This document shows positions 13,979-26,900 of a stretch of 64,000 nucleotides of DNA, one piece after another. A model generated the notes under the pieces. The model worked only from the letters and a program-made list of their open reading frames with translations. It was not told the DNA's origin and searched no databases. The first letter of the stretch is position 1; every line of letters begins with the position of its first letter. Origin of the DNA: Selaginella moellendorffii (lineage: Eukaryota; Plantae; Lycopodiophyta); contig NW_003314311.1 of NCBI RefSeq assembly GCF_000143415.4, positions 726,181 through 790,180 of the forward strand, written 5' to 3'. A program made the translations under genes and the position numbers.

Positions 13979-13993
13979 TTGATTCAGATTGTG
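13979..13993 (+). promoter_or_regulatory. Self-priming primer-binding site
   Basis: TTGATTCAGATTGTG is the exact reverse complement of LTR positions 13873-13887 (CACAATCTGAATCAA), which lie just downstream of a TATATATA box. It has no TGG tRNA-type start. Confidence 0.8.
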
Positions 13994-14071
13994 CTTTTTG
14001 CTTTTGCTTTAGCTCGTTTCGATTGTTTGATTGCCTTTGTCTTCTTCTCCCTTTTTTCTTTCTTCTTGCCA

Positions 14072-15043
14072 ATGGAGTCTCCAAGCCATCCTGATTTCTT
14101 TGCCGAAGTCTTTGCAAAAATCCAGTCTGAGAATACTGAGCTGAAGGCGACCCTTCTTCGCATGCAGCAGGAGCTTGCTTCACTTTCGGCTCAGGGATCC
14201 AGCAAAGTTCCTGAACCGAAGGTGAGTTTCCCGGTGAAATTTTCAGGCAAGCGTTCGGAGCTTTACGGATTTCTGAACCAGATGGAGCTGATCTTTACAC
14301 TTCAACATCGGCGGTACCCCACTCCCGAGTCTCAAATCGGCGCAATTGGGACGTTGCTCGAAGTTGCAACTTTGTCATGGTTTTCTCCTCTTCTGGAGAA
14401 GAGCATGAAAGGGGTCATGGTTCCGGAGCTGATGGATCTTCAATTATTCAAAGAGAAGCTCGAAGCATGTTTTGGCGAGATAGATCGGGTTCGGGCTGCT
14501 ACCACAAAGATGAGATGTCTCTCTCAGGGGTCTCGTCCTGCCTCGATCTACGCTGCAGAGTTCCAACTCCTTGCCTTGGACACTCAGTGGGATGAGTGGG
14601 CCTTGATTGACCAATTTCGTTTCGGCCTCAACAACGGTGTCAAGGATTTGTTGCTCACCATGGAGGATCCTAAGGACCTGTCGGACGCCATCAACAAAGC
14701 TGTTCGATGTGACAATCGTCTCTTTGAATGTCGTCAGGAAAGTTGCCGTGCCACTGTTTTTCCGTCCCAGACCTAGGAATCTCAGCTTGAGTCTTCGGGG
14801 CATACTCCTGAACCTACTGCTCCAGTCCCAATGAATATTTCTGGTACTCCCCGACTCATTAGAGGGAAGTTGAGTCTTGCTCAGAAGCAACGTCAAATAT
14901 CTCATAATCTTTGCCTCTACTGTGCTGATCCTAATCACAAAACAGCTGTGTGTCCCAAGAAGCCTCCCTGACTACTCGAGTTCACTCTGCCTCAAAGTCC
15001 ACCTCTATTGCAGTCGGGAAACGACCCTATCCAAACAGAGTAG
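14072..15043 (+). pseudogene. gag: gag (retrotransposon capsid + CCHC zinc knuckle), two premature stops
   Basis: PVKFSGKRSELYGFLNQME, LSQGSRPASIYAAEF, FRFGLNNGVKD and CLYCADPNHKTAVC. There is an in-frame TAG at 14774 and a TGA after the knuckle. Confidence 0.9.
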
Positions 15044-18000
15044 GAGCCGTCTGTTTGGACTCCCCGAATAAAAATCACTTTTCTTCTTTATCAAGCTCCT
15101 CACCACCTTTCATCAAAGCCACCACCAATTCCCGCAACTTCCGTGTCCCATGTCTCCTTTCTTTCACCGGACAATCAGGACTCAAGGCTCTGGCGCTACT
15201 GGACTCGGGTGTAACTTCCTGCTTCATGGACACGGACTTTGCTGCCCGACATCACGTTCCTATTTCTTCTACCATATGGGACCTGAGGGTTGAAGGCATC
15301 GGTAGGCATTTTGTGTCTCCATCTTCTGGACTTAGGGAAACGTTGCCCGTTCGAGTACACATCGGGTCCACCGTTACCGATATTGCCTTCAACATCATCA
15401 ACAGTAAGTCCTCCTCTGTGGTGCTCGGTCTTCCTTGGTTTCAACTACATCAGCCTCAGATCTATTGGAAGGAATTACAGCTCATCTCTCCTACATCACC
15501 ATCTCCCATGGCTTCCCCTACTATTCATCGAGTCCAAATCAGGAAAAGTTCCCTAAACTCAAATCGGGGTTCTGTTCTTGACTCTACGAAGTTTTCACCC
15601 TCTTCTTTTTCCTCTTTTCCATCTTGCACTAGACAGTATCCTCGTCTCATCATTCCATTTAGTCGTACACCTCCTCCTATCTCCACAATCACTATGAAAA
15701 AACTCCTTCATGAATAACCGATTTTCCTTTTTGCTTTGCATGTTTTTCTTGTCAATCTCCCTGAGAAGTATCATGATTTTGGGGATGTGTTTGACAAGAA
15801 AAAAGCTAGTGTACTGCCTATTCATCGGCCTTATGACTGTCCCATTGATTTACATGAAGGAGCGTCACCTCCGTGGGGGCCTATCTACGGGTTATCCCCA
15901 TCCGAGCTTAAGGCCCTCAAAGAGTACGTGGATGAGAACCTTGCCTCGGGGTACATTCAGCATTCGCAATCCCCGGCTGGAGCACCTGTCTTCTTTGTCA
16001 AGAAGAAGGATGGGAGTTTGCGGCTAGTCATCGACTATCGAGGTTTGAACAAGATGACTATTCGGAACCGTTATCTGCTACCCCTAATCTCAGACCTGTT
16101 GGAACGCCTTGGTGGTGCCCGCTTCTTCACCAAGATCGACCTCCGTGGAGCATACAACCTGATCCGGATCCGGTTTGGTGATGAATGGAAGACTGCGTTC
16201 CGAACCTGCTATGGCCACTTCGAGTACACTGTCATGCCATTTGTCTTGACAAATGCTCCAGCAGTTTTCCAACACATGGCGAACGACGTCTTTCGGGAGT
16301 TTCTTGATCAAATGGTGATCGTCTACCTCAATGACATCCTTATCTACTCAAAAACTCAGGAGGAGCACGATGAACATGTATGCAAGGTGCTGGCGAAGCT
16401 GCGAGAACACGGCCTATACGCGAAGCTTGAGAAATGTTCCTTCGATCAGCAGTTTGTGGAATTCCTTGGGTACATTGTCACTTCTGAGGGTATCACGATG
16501 GATCCTACCAAAGTCAAGACTATTCTCGAGTGGGAGCCTCCACAATCAATGTCGGACGTTCAGGTTTTCCTTGGCTTCGCCAACTTCTACCGCAAATTCA
16601 TTGATCACTACTCTGACATTGTCCTTCCTCTCACGCATCTCACTCGCAAGGATGTTCCCTTCTCTTGGTCTGCTGCTGCCCAGCAGGCCTTCGACACACT
16701 CAAGGCAGCCTTCAGTTCTGCTCCCGTTTTGATCCATGCTGATTCCTCCCAACCTTTCTTCATCGAGGCTGATGCCTTTGACTTTGCCATCGGTGCTGTG
16801 CTGTCTCAACTCAGAGCGGATCAAGAACTTCATCCGGTCGCTTTCCATTCTTGGAAATTCCAGCCTGCGGAGATCAATTACGAAATCCACGACAAGGAGC
16901 TCTTTGCCATCATGGATTCCTTTGGAGAGTGGTGCCATTTCTTGGAGGGGGCGGGCCATCAAACAATAGTCTGGACGGATCACAAAAATCTCAAGTACTT
17001 TGCCACTTCCCGAGTTTCAAGCCGTCGTCAAGCAAGGTGGGCACAATTCCTGAGTCGGTTTGACTTTGTTATCAAGTACAGACCTGGAAAGCTTCAAGGC
17101 CTTCCTGATGCTTTTTCAAGGCACTCCTATCTCAGCCTTAGGCCTGGTAATCCTGCCTTCGATCAACAAGATCAAGTTATCCTCGGTCCTAATCGGCTTC
17201 AAGTTATGGCAATTTCCCTGGCCCCTCAGGACTCCTCCTTGATGGATGCGATCAGAAACGATCTTCAATCTGATGATCTCGCCAGAGACGTTTTCCCCCA
17301 TCTTCAGGCTGGACACCCAGTGACTCCCGACTGCCGGCGATTTGACGAGTTCGAATTATTGGATGGCTTATTGTACCGTGGGGAGCAGCTTTACGTTCCT
17401 GAAGGTGATGCTCGAAGGTTGGTCCTGATGGCGTGCCATGATAGCCCGATTGCTGGTCACTTCGGCATTGCGAAAACCTATGAGCTAGTTGCACGGGACT
17501 TTTGGTGGCCTCACATGGACGACTACATCAAAGCTTTTGTTACCTCCTATGACACTTGCGCCCAGAATAAGGTACCTCGCCACTTTCCTTCAGGTTTGCT
17601 TTGTTCCCTTCCGGTCCCTTCAGGTCCTTGGGAATCCATCTCCATGGATTTCTTGAGTGATCTTCCGAGTTCTTGAGGCTTCAACAGCATTTTAGTCGTG
17701 GTGGATCGCTTCACAAAGATGGCGCACTTCTTGCTATGTACCAAGGAGTTTTCGGGCAAGGACATGGCAAAACTGGTATTCAGGGAAATTTTTCGACTTC
17801 ATGGGATTCCTACAGATGTGGTTTCGGATCAGGGGCCTCAATTCATCTTTCATTTCTGGCAACAGTTTTTGCAGCTGCTTGGAGTGAAGGCCAATATCTC
17901 TTCGGCGTATCATCCTCAAACTGATGGGCAGTCTAAGCGAACAATTCAGACGTTGGAACAATTCTTGAGGTGCTTCATCAACTATCATTAGGATAACTGG

Positions 18001-18195
18001 TTTGATATCCTTCCCCTTGCTGAGTTCTCCTATAACAACTCTGTTCACTCCTCTCTTCGAATTTCCCCCTTCTTTGCAAACTCTGGCCGTAATCCCCGAT
18101 TCAATCTCTCACTTCCTTCTCCATCCAAATCCTCTCATTCAAATCCCCACTCTGAGGCATTTGTCTCCAACCTCTAGGAAATCCACAACTCCATA
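15016..18195 (+). pseudogene. pol: pol (protease-RT-RNase H-integrase), entered by -1 frameshift, with premature stops; integrase cut at 18195
   Basis: LLDSGVTSCF protease motif, RT FFVKKKDGSLRLVIDYRGLN...YLND, RNase H EADAFDFAIGAVL...HDKEL, integrase HDSPIAGHFG...SMDF...SDQGPQF...HPQTDGQ. Confidence 0.93.
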
Positions 18196-18838
18196 TAAGC
18201 TCTATTTCGTTAAAGTGGGATTTATTCAGTAAAATGGGACTAGGTACAAATTTTCAAGTATTTGAAAATGACGTGAAATTATATGTTTTTTGTCCAGGGG
18301 CTAGACATATCTGGGGCATGGTGACTAGCGTGGTGACTTTGTGTCCAGACTGAGTCCATCTGGTTGTATAATAAATCTCATTGTCAAGGTGAACAAGCCG
18401 AATCTGAAGCTAAAGAAGAGCAATGGCATGCGCGCACACACTATTTGTTTGTTCATTGAGCATGTGGTGAGCTTTCCAAGATGAACGTCATTCCTATTAG
18501 CCAGACATATAACTTAATGGTGAGAACATTTAGATATTATTCAATGTTATCTTTTTCTAACGAATTTAATTGTGAAGGTGTAGCAAGAGGCATTGCTAGT
18601 CTGGAGAAGTCAATCTTAATACCGGTCTGAGAAATAGAATGGCATGTGCCCTCAGGCCTTTTACTAAATCACCTTTGAAAGAAATGCAAGCCTCTATGTA
18701 GTAAAAAAAAGGTACTAGAGAATAATATGAATGTTATTTAGTTTCATAAAAATACACTAAGAGTCAAATGAGTTAAAATACTAGTGCAAAGGGAAAAAAG
18801 TATTTGGTGATCAAGTAAGGGCACACGCCATTATAAGC

Positions 18839-19096
18839 CTAAATGCTAGTGGACACCTCCTTTTTGGTACTCTCAGCGGTATTATCATCCTTCTCCGGGT
18901 CAGTTGTTTTGCTTTGGATTGTTGTCTCTGACGTTACTGGGGCGTTCTCGATAGTTGTTAATGTTGCCGTTTGTTCAGAAAAATGATCACCTGGAGTATA
19001 GTATGGGGAGTTTGGAAGACTTATATATTCTACATCTTCACCTATCTCCTTCTCCGTCTCCTTTTCTGCCTCACTTACAGATTTTGTGCTTGCCAT
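18839..19096 (-). CDS. Small acidic Ser/Thr-rich orphan protein (85 aa), transposon cargo
   Basis: Intact ORF MASTKSVSEAEKE...YISLPNSPYYTPG...TSETTIQSK. A diverged homolog lies at 61221-61469. Confidence 0.5.
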   Translation of the reverse strand: MASTKSVSEAEKETEKEIGEDVEYISLPNSPYYTPGDHFSEQTATLTTIENAPVTSETTIQSKTTDPEKDDNTAESTKKEVSTSI

Positions 19097-19824
19097 GAGA
19101 ACACTCTTCACCCTAAAATATGGAGTTCGTTGTGTTATAAAAGGAAACCAACACACACGCTGCAAGGGAATGATGGTACATAAAGCACGTAAGCCCACAA
19201 TATGGGTTTATGTGCCATTAATATGGGCCACACGCCATATTATTAGATTTATGCACGTGTGATTGGTAAATGCATATGTCACATCATCTTTGTTTTACCT
19301 CACACACTATATCAGGCCTAATGAACCATATCACATGTGCGCACATGCTATATATATAGAGAAGTATTATGCAAGGATAGAAAAATTCAATGCATGATTG
19401 TGGAGAGCAATGGCATGAAGCCACATGCTAAATAACATTTTAGAGAAAGAATTAAAATAAAAACATGCAAACAGTACTGAGTGGACCAAGACTTAGAAGT
19501 GCACAATTGAATGAGGTATTTCTAATAAATATTTCACTCACCTCATATAGGAATGGCTACCACTCTCAAATGGCGTATCGCCTCATGCCATCACCTCGCA
19601 ATTTGTTATAACAATCCGATGAATTCATATTCGGCTTGTTCACCTTGAACTTTAAGTAAGATTTGCTAGAACAACTAAGAATTTATACTTGTTATTTGTA
19701 TCATCTCACCTAGGAATGGTGTAAGGCCACATGCCATCACGCCTCCTCTGATTCAGATTCGGATTGTTCACCTTGAAATAAAATACATTAGAAACTTAGT
19801 AAAAGAATATTAATGAATCTCACC

Positions 19825-21381
19825 TTGAACCTGGGTTATGAATGCTCTTGCTGCATCTCTTGCATGGTCTGGCAAGGTGATGGTGGCACTCTGCTTCCGC
19901 ATCCAACCATGCACCCTGTATGGGGTTCGATCGACAAGGGCCTTATGCAAGGGTTGGCCATTCAACTCAGTCTACGCACTTTGCAGAGACCTTAAGTGTT
20001 TTGCTAGGGACGCAATCATCATGTTTGCACCCCCACCACCCCATAGAGGTACAAAGAAGTTCCCATAGTTCTGGGCACCATGCCCATGAGCGATTATGCC
20101 AAACAGAGACACAGGCAGCTGCATGGATGAAGAGATTGCCTTGGGGGCAGGATTGAGTCGAGGTAAGCACGTCTTTTTCTGGTCCATTTTGTCGTGGATG
20201 ATGCAGAGGTAAGAGTCAGGTCTCTCCATAGAGAGAATCCTGTTATAATAATATGCAGTCCTGCAGCTTCTTTGCTCGATGTTGTGGTCGAGCCGCCTTC
20301 TAACCAACGTCTCTCGCTCTTGAGCGATGCAAGAATTCTTCGACAAAGCCATTTTGATAGCAGTGCACTCGTCACACTTTGAAAAGCTGGAGTACTTTCC
20401 TATACTCACATCCCTGAACCTGTTGCTCCACAATCTACTAAATCTAGATTGGCTCAACTTCCTGTAGCCATTACTCTGGAGTTCCCGATTCACATCTTCC
20501 AATATGGCCCCCTTGGTATACATGGAAGGGAGAATTCGTTGGGTGTCTCGAGTTCCATCTTCCAAGAGGCGGGTTTTATGTGGTTGCTGCTCGCTACATG
20601 TCTCGACAAACCTCTTGAAGATTGCCTCTCCATATACAACATGACCCCTGGTTTTGTGAGTACCGTTGTTCCCATGGACTGCCTGTTGAACCCTTTGTTC
20701 CTCGAACTCAGTTTTGATTCTGTAGAATGTGGTTCGAGGGACTCCATAAATGATTCTCCATGCCTTCATGTAGACCAAACCCCTCTGGAAGACCATGGCC
20801 CCCACCTGATGTTCTGAAGCATCAACAGATGACCGTAATGCCTCATACACAAAATTGCGAGCTGCCTTCCAGGACAATGTCTTGTATCTTGCTCTCTCCT
20901 CTTCAATAGCATCCCAATCAGCATGTTGACAGCACTTCCTCTTGCAACAAGCAACTGTCGAGACCATTCGAACCTCCATCGCCATTTTCTGCCTTTTCGG
21001 TTCGTTGCTCAGATCCCTTTGGCTGTGCTTTAGGAAGGTGTACTTTCTTTTCCCATGAAGAGATGTTCTGTCATCAGTTGTAGTGGTGTTTGATTGTGAA
21101 TCTTTCACATTCTCAAACACTAAGTGCCTCAATTTCCACCGCACAATGCTTCCAATAGTCAGACTGTTTTCTTTTGTGTCAACAACCTCTAAAATCGCAA
21201 CTCCAATATCATCTCAGCCCAATTCTTGATTAGCAACCGCATCTCTTGGATCGACAACTGTGGCTAAGCCCTCAGCTACCACCTCCCCCTCGGGGTTGTT
21301 TAGAAACACCTTTGCCTGAATCCATGTAGCACGGTTCTTAAGATCCACGGAGGGAACATGCGTCGCACTTGCGGAGGCCAT
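19825..21381 (-). pseudogene. Transposase: N-terminal Tnp1/En-Spm-like domain + Sola/DUF7869-like core, two premature stops, C-terminal catalytic half not found
   Basis: ATG at 21381, then EGEVVAEG...QELG*DDIGVAILEV...IGSIVRW, then FSKCDEC...H..EQRSCRTAYY...IIHDKMDQKKTCLP...GIIAHGHG...GANMMIASL. Stops at about 21214 and 19972. Confidence 0.72.
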
Positions 21382-21746
21382 TTTGAAAGTGCAGAAAAGA
21401 AGTTAAGACCATACAAAAAATGATTGGAGAATGGCTTAAATCATAACATACCAAACAACCTCAATAGCATGAGGCCACATGCCATTATTCAAACATGCTA
21501 TTGACACCCATGTGAAATTTCGCATTCACAAAATTGGCATGAGGCCTCATGCCATCTTGATATACACACAGTTGCAGGCAAGTAAAAACATATATGACAA
21601 TACGCTAGCCATGAAATTGCAAGGGCCCAAGATGGCATGTGGCCTCATGCCATTTCTAAATGTGGTCCTAAGCCATTCCATGGTGAACATACCAGGAAGC
21701 ACAAGTGCCGAATATCAAGAGGAAGCGGTAGCCACACCAAAGACAG

Positions 21747-21850
21747 TGCCGCTCGCAACACCGCAACTACTCGTAGCGCCGCTCGCAACACCGCAACTGC
21801 TCGTAGCGCCGCTCGCAACACCGCAACTGCTCGTAGCGCAGCTCGCACAA
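21747..21850. repeat. 30-bp tandem repeat (~3.5 copies, GCCGCTCGCAACACCGCAACTGCTCGTAGC)
   Basis: Seen directly, upstream of the transposase. Confidence 0.9.
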
Positions 21851-23984
21851 ACTGCCACTCGCATAAACTGCCGCTCGCAATGGGGCTCGCAATGCCACAA
21901 CCGTTCGTAGACGCATAAACCACAGCTCACAACGCCGCTTACACAAGCAGCGCTCACTGTGCTCAGCGGAACCAAGAACACGGCGCACAAAAATGATAGA
22001 CCTAGGAATGAGTTCGAGAATTCAAAAATAACACACGCTTGAACGTCACATCAAATCCTCTGACATACCAGATCTTATGATTCCTCTGACAAATTTCAAA
22101 CTGAGTAGCTTCTAGACTTTGCTGTCAGAGGTTGAACTTTGTCACATCATGTCCTTGCCTCGATCCAGCTGTGCCATGTCAGTGATTCGAACTTTACCAT
22201 GCCATGTCAGCGATCCGCGCCAAGATTATTCGCCATGTAAAGGAATAATTATGCTGTGTGTGTACGTCCATTTATGGCAATATAAGGCCACACGCCATTC
22301 AAAGAATAATGCTAGTCGAGCATTTTTTGGTGCATTTTTGGGTTCAAAATTGCATGAGCCCACACGCTATAAAGTTTACCTGTACCAAAAATAGAAACAG
22401 CTTTATTTACTTGGGAATTTAAGTGGTTGAGGCATTTTTAAACTTACAAACACATGCCCTACTTACATTCCTTTGGTTGCTTAAAATTCAAAAATATTAT
22501 AAACCTTTTTTTTTGCATTTTCAATGTTTTCAATTATGGTTTTTGATTTTCGCAAGACCAGCCTAGTAATCTATTTGCATCCCGTCATGTTTATAGCTAG
22601 CTTTCGTTTGTCCCCTTCGCTAGCCTGAGATACATCTGCTCGGCATCTGCCTCTTACAGCATTTGCCCAGAAAGGGCATCTTTCTTCACGCAGCATTTGC
22701 CACATGTTTAGGGTTTAGGGTTTAGCAATTCAGTAGCTTGATAAACATGTAAATACAGAACTTGATGCAAAATCCTTTGATATGTCACAATGCCCCTAGG
22801 ACCATAAACACATTTCAATAGAGAGGGTCCTTTCATTTCATAACTCCTTACGTAGATCTTAGTGAAACCAGAGTTAGTGAAGTTAGTTTCTTGTGATCCC
22901 GCATCTGATTGTGATGTCCCTTTGCAGTGTCGATGAAAAGGTCAATGCACACCAAACTGTAAAATCTTGGAGCAAAATAACGGTCGGATCTATGGCAAAT
23001 GCCCCTGAAACATTGTAAGGTTTGTGTGGTCTCATGTGGTGTCCGATCGAGATGCTTCTTTGCAGGGTCATCAAGAAAGACATTGTATACCATTTTGTAA
23101 AATCTAGTTGTGATCTAACGGTTCGATCTCCAGAAAACTCAAAAACATCTTGCGCGTGTCAAAATATTCTAGGAATATACTCCTATGTGCCCCTGAAAAT
23201 GGCATGCGGCCCCACACCATCAAGAAACTTGCAGGGTCATCAAGACTTCTTGCAGGGTCATCAAGAAGGACATTGTATACCATTCTTTATTTAGCTGAAC
23301 ATCTGGCATTTTTGGAAATACAAGATGCTTTGGAATATCCAATCATGCATGGTATAAATATAGCGAGGGTATTAAATGATATCCCAATCATGATCTTTCT
23401 TTTGGATTTCGCGTGCATGCAGTCCGAGGAATGATGACGTTGCGGATTTCTTTTGGATTTCACGTGCATGCATGCGTGCGGCGATCCAGAAATTAATGGT
23501 GGCGCCCAAGTCCGAGGAATGATGACGTGGCAGGATTACCAACCGTCGTGACATTTCGCGCGTGTGAGGTTAGGTTTTGCATTTTGCTTCGTACTCGCGC
23601 TCGCACACTCGCGCTCGCATCGCGCTCCCACTCGCGATCACGCTCACATTCGCGCTCATCTACCTTCTCTACAGGTTTCTCGTGTGCATCGGCGTCCACT
23701 CGCGCTTGCATCACACTCGCGCTCGCATCACGCTCGCATCACGCTCGTGTGCATCGGCGTCCACTTCAAGACACACCCAGTTTGTAACTTCGCCGCCAAC
23801 TCCGCCGCCCATTCCGCCGCCCACTCCGCCACCCACACGCAGCCCACTTGGCGTCCCGGGAGATTTCAGCGCCACTCTCCAACTGTAAGTGGCAGAGTAG
23901 CCTTGCTGCTACGATCCGCTGCACACACAGTGCACATTCGCCAGCGAGTCCGGCCTCGATTGTCACGCCTCCATTCGGCTTCAA

Positions 23985-26900
23985 ATGGTAAGTCTTTTAG
24001 GCCAAGTAGAAAATGGCATGAGGCCACATGCCATTCAGTAGCAACATTGGCATGCACCGATTGGGCTCTCGAGTGCAGTCCAGTTACAGATGGCGTGTAG
24101 CCTCATGCCATCTTAGGATGCAGCCTCAAGACATCTGATGCAGTGGTGAATGGCGTGTGGCCTCACGTTATTTCCAGCTACTAGCTTTTCATCTGTCAGC
24201 TCTAATTGTTGTGCATTTCTGAACAGGCGAGGAATTGCGTTCTTCTTCCAGCCACTATCAATGTGGATGCAAAGAAGGGGGAGGAGCTCACCAGTTGGAC
24301 TTTCGGGATGGAAGGTGAGGATTTAAGGCTGTACAACACAGATGGTGGGAGAAAAGAATGCATGGGGATCCTCATCCAAGTGACAGACACTCCATGCAGT
24401 TCCATGCAAGAATATGGACTGGCACTTGTGGTAGAGACAGCGTCCGCCTTCAAGATCCACCTTGCACATCCTAGCGGCTTCCCGGAGGGGGGCAGCGGCT
24501 ATGAGGAATTCCTAGAGGGAGCTAGGGAGAGGTTGTCCAGGAGGCCTACAATTTCAAAGACGCTGCGGGTTTATGAAGATTACATGGAATCCACGGACCT
24601 CACCTACGGCGATGTTCAAAAACTATATTCCAACATTGAGCCGTTAAGAGTGCCTCCAGTTCGCGAAGCGAAGGGGAAGGGGGTCGATCTGGAAACTACC
24701 CCGAAGCAGAAAAGGGTGGTCAAGCTCAAGCCGACGTCCGACTCTCCTGGTCCAAAAAAGAAGCTACTTGGTGATGCCATTGCCTCGGGTTCGAACACTA
24801 CACCCACCAAAAAGAAGAGCCGCAAAGAGCAGAAAGAGCAAGAAGAGGCAGCAAAAATCGTCGCAGATAATAGTACTTGTTACTATTCCAACAAAGTATA
24901 TACAATCGACGTGAGCCGTATCGACATCCAAAGCAAATACAACCACAGGCTAGTATCTGATGAGTGGGTGGAGAAACTGAAGCAGAAGATGCTGGCAAGT
25001 CCAGTAACACCCGACATCACATACGTGATCCCCTACTACCGAACAATGAAGGGCGAGACGAGGTTTCCAGACTTGATCAATAGGAAGGTGTTGGACGATC
25101 AGAACATCCGGTTCTATGCCGTCTCTGGGCAGCATTCTAGCTTGGCGATGCAAGAGATAGTTGTGGATATTATGGTGGGCGAGGAGGTGAAGAAAGTCTT
25201 CAAGACAAGAGTTGTCCGCCTGATAAAAGGCAACTCGCCCCTCCGATCTATCATATCCATCTCCCACGTGCAGAATGTCAAGCAAGAAACGTGCTACAAA
25301 TCGGGTCTGCACGAGACATTGGCACGAACACGAAAGCTCTGGGTTCAACTGAAGAAGCCACAAAAACCAGGACAAGGACGTGCACTAGCAACTAGCGCCT
25401 GGCAGGTAAGCCTCGTTGCATGTGGCATAGCATGTGGCCTCACGCCATTTCCATTGCAGGAATTCTCGAGTCTTCTCTCGAAAACACTGGGGGTCAATGA
25501 CACACTCAGCATCCATAACATTCTACTCGCGACAAAAGTTGTTTTTGACAAATGGGTAGATGTGCTGAGGAGGTACCATGACGGGGAGTTGCTAAACTCA
25601 ATGGGTGTGGAGGACGGCCGGAAGCCCAATGATTTGAAGCTCAACGCTTTGCGTTTCTCGCGGTCTCTAGACGACGACGACCTTCTGACAGTGGCTAATG
25701 CTCTTCTACGTGGTGAGGTAGTCTTCAACAAGACCAAAATGACTCCCGGCCATATTGTGACATACGAGGACTTGTGCACGACTCTGAGAGCTCGTGTGCT
25801 ATTGAAGGATTGGATCTTCGAGCAAGTGGCTGTGGAGAGGGTGAGCATCGACACCACGCAAGAGATGATGGAAGAGCTGGAGTTGTCAAATGAAGACATC
25901 GACAAGTACGTGAAGGGGGCCCTCAAGTTCATCGATCTGCTGCAGGATGCCACGAAAAGTAAAGCTGAGAAGTTGGATCAGTATCCAAATTTCATTAAGA
26001 GGGATGTCGACTGCCGGCTTCAGAAACAGCTCGACCCCGCAGCAGAGGCCTATCGAGAACCTTACCGGGTATACGTGAATTCGGATGAGGATCAAAAGTG
26101 GAGGAGCATCGTTTCCCGCGGAGATGAGCAGGTCAAGAACATCTTTTGTGTGATGGACTTCATAAACGAGGAGATCACTCATGCAGACGAAGTCAGCTCC
26201 ATCATTGACTTAATGGTGGGACTTGCGGAGGTGGAATCTTCAGTCCACTATATGATCTATGACTCTGAATCCTATCACAAGTTCTGGAAGGCCTTGAACG
26301 AGGTGAAGGCTCGGTTGAAAGGCAAGGAGATGCAGGAGATCCATGGGATAATGGCTAAGAAGAAGATACCGACGAATGTCCGCATCTTCACACTCGCCCT
26401 TGTTATTGGTCTTGTAGCAGAGTGGGATTGGAGTGACTTCCCAGCTTCGTTCGACAAGGCCGATCAAATTGATCTGAGGGAGGTCAATTTACCCGTGCCT
26501 GAGGAACTGAAGACGGCTATGGAGCTTTCGAATCCAGAGAAAACTCCAGGTGCAGCATGGGAAATGCTCAGCTGGGTCTTCAACGCAATAGCGGGTGGGT
26601 CACCTGCTTCCGACTCCAAGGGCAAATGCGTTGTCGTGTACAACTACGGTGGACTATTCTTTCGAGCCACACTACTCAAGGGTGTCCCGTATGTTGCGGT
26701 GACAAACTCCATTGAAGAGGTGACTTCAATGGAGTATATAATTACAGTTGCCAAAGAAAAACAGTATCTTCTCTGCGAACCTGGTGAGTACGCACTTTAA
26801 GTTTAAATGTTATCTCACAAGCCCCCAGATGCTGAAACGGCGTTAACAGCTACTGTTGAAGATACCCATGTTGGGCCGAGCTCACAACCTGCACAAGGTA

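Noticed and set aside
18194-18197. 4-bp TATA target-site duplication with AGCTC termini
   Set aside because: The implied empty site would add 2 nt and break the integrase frame. A TA TSD restores it exactly.
22707-22725. Telomere
   Set aside because: Only about 2.5 TTTAGGG units at an internal position. At most a telo-box.
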